From assembly GCA_030550115.1 (NCBI GenBank), contig JAUQPY010000015.1:1-41647 (forward strand): DNA of 41,647 bases, in the 5' to 3' direction. This document shows positions 35,577 through 41,647 of the stretch, piece by piece. Made by a program: the position numbers and the translations under genes. Origin of the DNA: Candidatus Micrarchaeota archaeon. GTDB taxonomy: Archaea > Micrarchaeota > Micrarchaeia > Anstonellales > J096. Below the pieces are notes generated by a model that was given only the letters and a program-made list of their open reading frames with translations, ran no database searches and had not been told where the DNA came from. The number at the start of each line of letters is the position of its first letter. The stretch's first letter is position 1.

Positions 35577-36380
35577 CTACTCAAAAAGACTATACCTTGG
35601 TTTTGAGAATGATATATATTTATAGAAAAGATATTGCACCATTCCGACCACCATAAGTAATAGTACCAAATGGATTACATTCAAATCTGAAGCCCTACCT
35701 GTAAAAGAGAGGATTATGATCATAATAGGTAACATAAGGGTAGGGATTATTATTGCGACCAACATGTACATTAGCATTAGGGGATTCAATCTATAACCAA
35801 ATCTCCTGTATTCATTTACTTTCTCGTTTGTTATCTGCTTCTCCAATTCCTCAAGGATCTTAGCTAGATCAGCTCCAGAATCAATAGCACTAGCTATTTG
35901 GAGAAGTACGAATTTCATATAATTACTAGGTACATCTTCTGCCTCTTCTCTTAGAGCTTTACTCACAGGGACTCCTGCAGCTATCTTCCTGGCAATTCTC
36001 TCCATTATTTCACTACTTTTACCATAACCTCTAGATGTAAGTAGGAATATGTTGTATGGTGGGATGCCAGCTCTAAGTAAAACTACCATATGCTTGAGTA
36101 AGAACCCAATTTCATAATCCACAGCTTTCCTATACAATTCCATCTTAACATCCACCTCCTTGATGTTTACAAGATACCATAACAGAAACGTTAGTAAAGC
36201 TATTAATACAAATAGGGGGATTAGCATTTCAACCATTGTTACTCCGGAGAGGAAGATAACAGCGATTAAAACAATCGTTGTCATTATAGAGTAGACAAAA
36301 GATAGGAACAGAGCTCTATTAATATATGCTTTAGAATTCATTCCATAATCCAAAATCTGCAGCTTTTTCTCCAAATCCAT
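35577..36380 (-). CDS. type II secretion system F-domain membrane protein (TadB/FlaJ-like, first half)
   Basis: T2SS-F domain (EIGFLLKHMVVLLRAGIPPYNIFL...AAGVPVSKALREEAEDVPSNYMKFVLLQIASAIDSGADLAKILEEL) with TM segments. It is in a different frame from the downstream half, separated by TAGGTGAGATG. Confidence 0.7.
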   Translation of the reverse strand: MDLEKKLQILDYGMNSKAYINRALFLSFVYSIMTTIVLIAVIFLSGVTMVEMLIPLFVLIALLTFLLWYLVNIKEVDVKMELYRKAVDYEIGFLLKHMVVLLRAGIPPYNIFLLTSRGYGKSSEIMERIARKIAAGVPVSKALREEAEDVPSNYMKFVLLQIASAIDSGADLAKILEELEKQITNEKVNEYRRFGYRLNPLMLMYMLVAIIIPTLMLPIMIIILSFTGRASDLNVIHLVLLLMVVGMVQYLFYKYISFSKPRYSLFE

Positions 36381-36415
36381 ATTTTAATTGTAGATATAGA
36401 TATTTAATATTTTAC

Positions 36416-37219
36416 TCATTTATTCTGCAAGTATTTCTGAATTATGTTATCCGGAACCCCTTTCTGCTTTAGATAGTAATATTTAGCTCTCTGGATAGCT
36501 TCCTCTTCAGAAATCTGTTTGAGAGAATATTTCTTGAACATCTCTGGCTCGAATTTAGCTAAATACAACATAAGGGATGAATTACTCATTCTTTCTAAAG
36601 TATCAAATATAGGACGGTATGGTTCAAAATTCATTGTTGATAGGGTATGTTGCTCTTTCGGTTGTTCAGGCTTCTGATCAACAGCTCTAGCCTTCAATAT
36701 CTTCTGTACCACATCTCCATCTCCCCCAAGCTTCATCACAACATATTCTGCCAGATCTCTAGGGTCCATATTGCTCTTATAATTTTTCAGTTTTTTAATC
36801 CTCTCTACTATCTGTTGCTTCTTAGAACTTAGATTTTCAATCCTATAGAGATTAGATAGTTTTATGAGCTCACTATCCACATCATTTTTCAACCTATCAT
36901 ATTCTTGGAGGTATATATCTATATCCATCTGTTGTTCCTGAACTTTAGGTGATGGAGTATCTACTATTTTTTGCTCCAACTTTTCCCATTCTCGTTCCAC
37001 GTTTGCCTTATCTTTAACCTCACTATCCTTGGGTTCGTCTTTTATCTCATCAGTTTTGATAGGCTCTTTTACAACAATCACAGAACCTGATAGGGATACT
37101 AATTTCCAGAAAGACTTTAGATCAGCGTCATATAAGTCTTGCTCAGTTATTCTGGTATTCGATCCAACTATTTTAGCATATCGATCTACATATACTGCAG
37201 TCTTGAAAAAATCACTCAT
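36416..37219 (-). CDS. hypothetical K/E-rich helical protein embedded in the pilus-like operon
   Basis: The ATG at 37219 (MSDFFKT...) overlaps the ATPase stop by 8 nt. It has no TM segment, no Walker motifs and no resemblance to FlaH that I can see. Confidence 0.5.
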   Translation of the reverse strand: MSDFFKTAVYVDRYAKIVGSNTRITEQDLYDADLKSFWKLVSLSGSVIVVKEPIKTDEIKDEPKDSEVKDKANVEREWEKLEQKIVDTPSPKVQEQQMDIDIYLQEYDRLKNDVDSELIKLSNLYRIENLSSKKQQIVERIKKLKNYKSNMDPRDLAEYVVMKLGGDGDVVQKILKARAVDQKPEQPKEQHTLSTMNFEPYRPIFDTLERMSNSSLMLYLAKFEPEMFKKYSLKQISEEEAIQRAKYYYLKQKGVPDNIIQKYLQNK

Positions 37220-38690
37220 CGAACTCCCACCTTCTATTATTAGCTGCAAATTCAATTATCTCCTCTGGATTCTTGTAATACCTAGATACCAAATAACCAA
37301 CCCTATCCACATCGAAATATTCGTTGTTCACCATCCAATTTAAGATGTGCTCTTTCTCCTTGAGATCTATCATTACCTCCTCCTCTTTCCATCCCAAATA
37401 CATCTCGAATAGTTCAAAGGTCTTCTTCATTCTCTTTTTCTCATAAGCAGATCTCTTGAAATTCCAGCGATATATTATATTAACCTCCCCATTATCCAAT
37501 ACTTCAGCTATCTCAAAAGTTTTTCTTACATTATTTCTTCTATTCCTTACCTGCACCATTATAACACCAAGACTATCTAACATCTCCTTAGGTAAATTAA
37601 TTGGAGGAGTAGTTAATCTGTTTACAGCTTGTGCTGCACTATCTGCGTGTATCGTTGAATAGACACTGTGCCCAGTTCTCATAGCCTCAAACATAATCTC
37701 CGCTTCTCTCTGTCTTCTTACCTCTCCTACAAGTATTCTATCTGGTCTCATTCTCAAACTGTTTACTAGTAAATCCAACATACTAACCTCCCCTTTTCCT
37801 TCGGGATTTGGTTGCCTAACAAGCATTGGAACCCACTGTAAATACTTCGGCAGAGTCAATTCTCTTGTATCTTCTATAGATATTACTCTCTGATTTGCTG
37901 GAATGAATTCAGAGATACTATTCAATACTGATGTCTTTCCAGATCCAGTTCCCCCAGCTATCAGCACAGATATCTCGTTTTGAACATAGCTCCATATCAG
38001 AGCAGCTATCTCTGAACTAATTGTACCATTCTTTATCAATCTGGTTATAGACCATGGATTCTTAGAGAATTTTCTTATAGTTATTGTATTACCTGTGTTT
38101 GAGATAGGAAATAGTGTTGCATTAACTCTACTACCATCTGGCAAGGTAGCATCCAATAGTGGGTTTAGAGTATTTATTTGCCTACCAACTCTTCTAGCTA
38201 TGGTAGAAGAATAGTTGTATATATCCTCTTCCTTTTTTAATATCAGATTAGTCTTACACCAACCTGCTCTCTTGTGATATACCCAAATAGGTTGATTGGA
38301 CCCATTAACACATATTTCTTCTATGTTTTCATCGTAGCTCAAGATCTCCAATTCTCCCAATCCTACTGTAGTTAATAATAGATACTCTGTGAGAATTGTT
38401 AGTGATTTTTCATCAATATCTTTGAAATTTTCCTTGAGAATTTTCTGAGCTACATCTCTGTATATCTCTCTAACATATTCATATTTATTTGGATCTAGAA
38501 GGTCTCGTATATCAACGTTAGCCCTCTTTATTAGATCATATTTTATCTTATTATCTATTATAACTCTTGTAGCATCGCTTAGTGATGGTATTCTAATCTC
38601 ATATATCGGTACAAAATCATCCTCCGGTTGAGATATGCTTACGTTTATAGGGAATCCTGTTTGACTGACAATAGAATAATCTAATTTCAT
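37212..38690 (-). CDS. type II/IV secretion system ATPase (FlaI/PilB/VirB11 family)
   Basis: Walker A (AGGTGSGKTS), Walker B region (RPDRILVGEVR) and His box (TGHSVYSTIHA). The N-terminal archaeal-type segment is PIYEIRIPSLSD. Confidence 0.9.
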   Translation of the reverse strand: MKLDYSIVSQTGFPINVSISQPEDDFVPIYEIRIPSLSDATRVIIDNKIKYDLIKRANVDIRDLLDPNKYEYVREIYRDVAQKILKENFKDIDEKSLTILTEYLLLTTVGLGELEILSYDENIEEICVNGSNQPIWVYHKRAGWCKTNLILKKEEDIYNYSSTIARRVGRQINTLNPLLDATLPDGSRVNATLFPISNTGNTITIRKFSKNPWSITRLIKNGTISSEIAALIWSYVQNEISVLIAGGTGSGKTSVLNSISEFIPANQRVISIEDTRELTLPKYLQWVPMLVRQPNPEGKGEVSMLDLLVNSLRMRPDRILVGEVRRQREAEIMFEAMRTGHSVYSTIHADSAAQAVNRLTTPPINLPKEMLDSLGVIMVQVRNRRNNVRKTFEIAEVLDNGEVNIIYRWNFKRSAYEKKRMKKTFELFEMYLGWKEEEVMIDLKEKEHILNWMVNNEYFDVDRVGYLVSRYYKNPEEIIEFAANNRRWEFDE

Positions 38691-39160
38691 CGTTCTAGTA
38701 TTACATTTAATATTCCATTTTTGATGCTCTTGTCAACAATCTTGGCCTTATGAAAATCTTCATGAAGAGGGATCTTAACATTCATATCATCTGAAACTAT
38801 ATTTAACTTTCCTCTGACAATCTCCATATGTAGATCATTGATATCATAATTTTTATTCAACAATACTGTAATGTTCATTCTATTTCCCTCTCTGGACACT
38901 TCAAATAGAGGCATGTTGATGTTCTCTTCTTCAGCAAGCTCTATGTTTCTCATATCAAACGATATCCCAAATCCTCTGAACATCCTCTCAATCATCTTAT
39001 TGAACATCTCCATCTCCCTATTAAACCTCTCCATTTCCTCTTTATCAAAATTATTACTAATCTCTATTTTGGGCGGATTATCACCTTCTCGTATGATCCT
39101 AATGCTGAATCTTCTAACTTTAAAATTGTCCTTGTCCTCATCCATAATATTCTCACCCAT
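38687..39160 (-). CDS. Hsp20/alpha-crystallin-domain-like protein, first gene of the pilus-like operon
   Basis: The C-terminal pattern PLFEVSREGNRMNITVLL...DLHMEIVRGKLNIVSD...VKIPLHEDFHKAKIVDKSIKNGILNVIL fits the ACD consensus (P.vDv.e..., L.I.g, A.y.NGvL.i). ATGA overlap with the ATPase gene. The ATG at 39160 fits the 28-nt TATA spacing better than the ORF-track start at 39175. Confidence 0.5.
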   Translation of the reverse strand: MGENIMDEDKDNFKVRRFSIRIIREGDNPPKIEISNNFDKEEMERFNREMEMFNKMIERMFRGFGISFDMRNIELAEEENINMPLFEVSREGNRMNITVLLNKNYDINDLHMEIVRGKLNIVSDDMNVKIPLHEDFHKAKIVDKSIKNGILNVILER

Positions 39161-39181
39161 TAATATAATACTCATATACGC

Positions 39182-39189
39182 TTTAAAAG
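39182..39189 (-). promoter_or_regulatory. TATA-box-like element for the pilus-like operon
   Basis: Minus-strand cttttaaa lies about 28 nt upstream of the ATG at 39160. Confidence 0.4.
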
Positions 39190-39302
39190 CTTATCAAAAC
39201 ATAAACACACCGGAAAGCGTCTCTAAAATCTAAAGAAACCTATTATTTCTTCTTCTCTTTAGGCATTTTATGCCCACCTAAATATTATATAAGTTTGAAA
39301 CA

Positions 39303-39310
39303 TTTAAAAA
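39303..39310 (+). promoter_or_regulatory. TATA-box-like element for fibrillarin
   Basis: tttaaaaa lies 29 nt upstream of the ATG at 39332. Confidence 0.45.
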
Positions 39311-39331
39311 CATTATGTTCTCAAATATAGC

Positions 39332-39961
39332 ATGCTACTCAGAATGAATGGGAAAATATATACAAGAAATTTAACCCCCGGCAAATCAGTTTATGGGGAA
39401 AAACTGGTCAGATTCAATGACGTTGAATATAGAGAATGGGATCCATATCGTAGTAAATTGGCCGGTGCTATCGCCAAAGGCCTAAAAACATTCGAGTTCA
39501 ATTCGGAATCAAAAGTTCTGTATCTAGGGGCATCTACAGGCACTACAGTATCACACATATCAGATATATGCGTAGATGGATCTATATATGCAGTAGAGAT
39601 ATCTAAGCGTATGATGATAGAGCTATTAAAACTAGCTGATGTGAGAGATAACATAATTCCTATACTGGAAGATGCAAATCATCCAGAGAGATATAAAGAG
39701 ATAGGTGAAGTGGATATAATATATCAGGATGTTGCTCAACCCAATCAATCTGAGATATTTGTAAAGAATATTAAACAATTCAGGCCTAAAATAGCCTATT
39801 TATGTCTAAAAACACAGAGCATTGATGTATCTGCAGATCCTAAAGAGATATTGGATGAGGAACTGAATAGAATCGGTTATAAGCCCCTGGAGATAATTGA
39901 TCTGAACCCATACGATAAACACCATTATTTTCTAGTTTTTAGGATCTCTCTTGAACACTAA
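39332..39961 (+). CDS. flpA: fibrillarin-like rRNA/tRNA 2'-O-methyltransferase
   Basis: YGEKLV...YREWDPYRSKLAGAI, SAM motif VLYLGASTGTTVSHISDI, and YQDVAQPNQ. Confidence 0.9.
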   Translation: MLLRMNGKIYTRNLTPGKSVYGEKLVRFNDVEYREWDPYRSKLAGAIAKGLKTFEFNSESKVLYLGASTGTTVSHISDICVDGSIYAVEISKRMMIELLKLADVRDNIIPILEDANHPERYKEIGEVDIIYQDVAQPNQSEIFVKNIKQFRPKIAYLCLKTQSIDVSADPKEILDEELNRIGYKPLEIIDLNPYDKHHYFLVFRISLEH

Positions 39962-41095
39962 TAACATAGATTTTGTCTGTTCATTTAGAAGAGCCTCTAT
40001 AAGAGCTGATTTTGGAACGAGAGAGCTATCAATACTCTTCCCCTTACTTACATATATAAATATATCCTCATCACTCTCCAAAACATCCAATTCAGAATGA
40101 TTTTCTGGGTCAATCTGTTTATAAATATCTAATCTCCTATTCATAATATCTAATGCCCACGTTCTAATTTTTCTATCCTCAGCTCTAGACAATTTCCATA
40201 GGACCACATCATCCCCAGAATTTATAATATCCTCTAAAGTTAGTACATTATGCTTTAGAGCTCTATATATAAGCTTTCTCAATATAGCGGCTGCCTTCAG
40301 AACCTTATTATGATTGTATACATTTTGAAACATCATGTATCTACCTATCAACATAGCTTCTATGCTCTTAGAACCTTCGATATGAATTTTCCAACTATTC
40401 TGTTCTCTCCAGTTAGGATTTACCAATAGTATGTTTTTCAATATAAAATCTGTTTCTATAACCCCGTAGGAAGTTCCTGTATAGTATGCATCTCTAACAA
40501 GATAATCCAATCTATCTAGACCTGCATCAAAACTGATTAGAGGAACCTCTAACAGCTCAAAATCCGAAGGTAATTTCAAATTTTTACCAATATCATCTAT
40601 AATAAGTTGACTCAGAGCCATGCCCAGCTGTTCATGAAATTTGTGATTTGGTTTGCCATTATTATCCTTGGAATCTTCCACTTTAACATATTGCTTTTCG
40701 CGTTCAAAATAAACCTTAATCTCACCATACATTAACCCAAGTACGTGTTCTGCATCATGTGAAAAAGCTACATGACCAACATCATGGAGTAACGCATAGT
40801 ATCTAGATTGTTGAATCAAGGTTCTTCTCTCATTTTCAGATAGTTTCTGATAATATGTTCTTTTTATTCTATCTCTGGCTCTCATGATGTTCTGAATGTG
40901 AAAATACTTCTCTACTAGACCATAAACTCCTAAGGAATGTTCGTATCTTGTATGAGTAGCTCCGGGATAGATAAGATATGCTAAAGACAACTGTTTTATC
41001 CTTCTGAGTCTATTCATGATAGGATGATTTAGTAGGTATTTAAACTCTTGTGGAAAATATATCATACCATGTATTGGATCTTTTATACTGATCAT
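39932..41095 (-). CDS. HD-domain phosphohydrolase (COG1078/SAMHD1-like family)
   Basis: THTRYEHSLGV, ALLHDVGHVAFSHDAEH and LDRLDYLVRDAYYTGTSYG are the family hallmarks. The 3' end overlaps fibrillarin convergently by 30 nt. Confidence 0.8.
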   Translation of the reverse strand: MISIKDPIHGMIYFPQEFKYLLNHPIMNRLRRIKQLSLAYLIYPGATHTRYEHSLGVYGLVEKYFHIQNIMRARDRIKRTYYQKLSENERRTLIQQSRYYALLHDVGHVAFSHDAEHVLGLMYGEIKVYFEREKQYVKVEDSKDNNGKPNHKFHEQLGMALSQLIIDDIGKNLKLPSDFELLEVPLISFDAGLDRLDYLVRDAYYTGTSYGVIETDFILKNILLVNPNWREQNSWKIHIEGSKSIEAMLIGRYMMFQNVYNHNKVLKAAAILRKLIYRALKHNVLTLEDIINSGDDVVLWKLSRAEDRKIRTWALDIMNRRLDIYKQIDPENHSELDVLESDEDIFIYVSKGKSIDSSLVPKSALIEALLNEQTKSMLLVFKRDPKN

Positions 41096-41647
41096 ATTCT
41101 CTTAAACACATCAGGTTGCTCTTCCATACATTCCCCTTGATCAGCTAGAATTACTAATATTATCCTTACCATTTGGCTAGGGAGACCTGTTTTTTCAGAG
41201 ATCTTATTGACATGAGTTGGGTATTTTATTAATCTAACTATTCTATCTCGATTCTTTTCAAACAGCTCTCTTCTTATTAAGTATAATTGATTATCAATAG
41301 GATTCAAAAAAATTATAAACCTATCTATATCATCTCTCTTCTTTATTATTTCCATATCTGATGCAGAAAATATTCCATACTCTAACTTAGGATCTGTCAG
41401 ATTCTTAGTATGAGATACATTCTTCATAGCTTCATAAATATCCTTGGGTATACTAATATTTCCATTTGGCAATAGTTTTATCAAATTCTTATCTAGAAGA
41501 CTTTTCAAAATCTTTAGTTCATTCTGTGATAATTCCTTCCTTAGATTGTCTAGATTTCTATTTTTATAGAATATCAAAGAGACCTTCCATAGAAGATCTA
41601 ACTGTTCTGGAGACAATTCTTTGAGTAATTTCTCAGAATTAAGACTA
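41092..41647 (-). CDS. hypothetical protein with C-terminal winged-helix-like segment; 5' end probably beyond the window
   Basis: The reading frame stays open from 41616 (a TTG, not an ATG) to the right edge, so the ORF-track start is probably not the true start. ATGA overlap with the HD gene. The C-terminal segment is PTHVNKISEKTGLPSQMVRIILVILADQGE. Confidence 0.5.
   Translation of the reverse strand, partial: SLNSEKLLKELSPEQLDLLWKVSLIFYKNRNLDNLRKELSQNELKILKSLLDKNLIKLLPNGNISIPKDIYEAMKNVSHTKNLTDPKLEYGIFSASDMEIIKKRDDIDRFIIFLNPIDNQLYLIRRELFEKNRDRIVRLIKYPTHVNKISEKTGLPSQMVRIILVILADQGECMEEQPDVFKRI

Noticed and set aside
35569-35579. The two T2SS-F genes as a frameshifted single flaJ/pilC pseudogene.
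   Set aside because: The junction TAG-GTGAG-ATG looks like a clean stop/restart with an SD-like GGTGA. Both ORFs are full length with their own TM segments. A TadB/TadC-like two-gene arrangement is more parsimonious, although a sequencing error cannot be excluded from this window alone.
34501-39160. Calling the ATPase/T2SS-F operon an archaellum (fla/arl) locus.
   Set aside because: No archaellin genes, no FlaH (KaiC-like) and no FlaF/G/C/D/E-like genes are present. It is better described as a generic type IV pilus/Tad-like machine.
39176-39331. Possible small RNA or C/D-box sRNA in the 156-nt spacer upstream of fibrillarin, including the hairpin GGCAT-TTT-ATGCC at 39262..39274 and the arms ACGCTTT/AAAGCGT.
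   Set aside because: No C box (RUGAUGA) and D box (CUGA) pairing is present, the stems are short, and the region is adequately explained by two divergent promoters.
1-41647. CRISPR arrays, transposases, insertion sequences, inteins, rRNA or tRNA introns, and split tRNA halves.
   Set aside because: I saw no regularly spaced direct repeats and no transposase or integrase-like ORF. The conserved proteins (RadA, EF-2, FtsZ) have normal lengths. The 23S has a normal length. Both tRNAs fold as continuous cloverleaves.

Overview
This is a 41.6-kb, very AT-rich and extremely compact archaeal chromosome segment. By eye it is roughly one-third GC outside the RNA genes. Genes abut or overlap, and convergent genes overlap at their 3' ends. 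The content is mostly information processing. It includes radA, hjc, herA, a GINS-like subunit, pus10, nmd3, fibrillarin, spt5, secE, ftsZ, EF-2 and aRF1. Ribosomal proteins uL11, uL16, uS13, uS4 and uS11 and RNA polymerase subunit D are also present. There is a stand-alone 23S rRNA with a long processing stem, and two tRNAs, Leu-GAG and Thr-GGU. A few metabolic genes are present: mevalonate kinase, GGGP synthase, an orphan ATP-citrate lyase alpha subunit, and HAD, GNAT and HD hydrolase family genes. Small gene sizes, the AT-rich genome with GC-rich RNA genes, the unlinked rRNA and many orphan proteins suggest a reduced-genome, possibly symbiotic (DPANN-like) archaeon. That placement is inference, not a database result. 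The most interesting accessory content is threefold. (1) A tandem pair of paralogous proteins without signal peptides carries a C-terminal lytic-transglycosylase (SLT)-like domain behind novel duplicated N-terminal modules; the second copy is split by a 41-nt quasi-duplication. (2) A type IV pilus/Tad-like operon runs Hsp20-like protein, FlaI/PilB-type ATPase, orphan protein and two separate T2SS-F membrane proteins, with no pilin or prepilin peptidase. (3) A 428-aa orphan sits where rpl18e normally follows rpoD. A highly regular promoter grammar is also visible: (A)TTTAAAA(A) lies about 30 nt upstream of start codons, implying leaderless mRNAs, while a minority of genes carry GGTGAT Shine-Dalgarno sites. 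No CRISPR array, transposase or integrase was seen.
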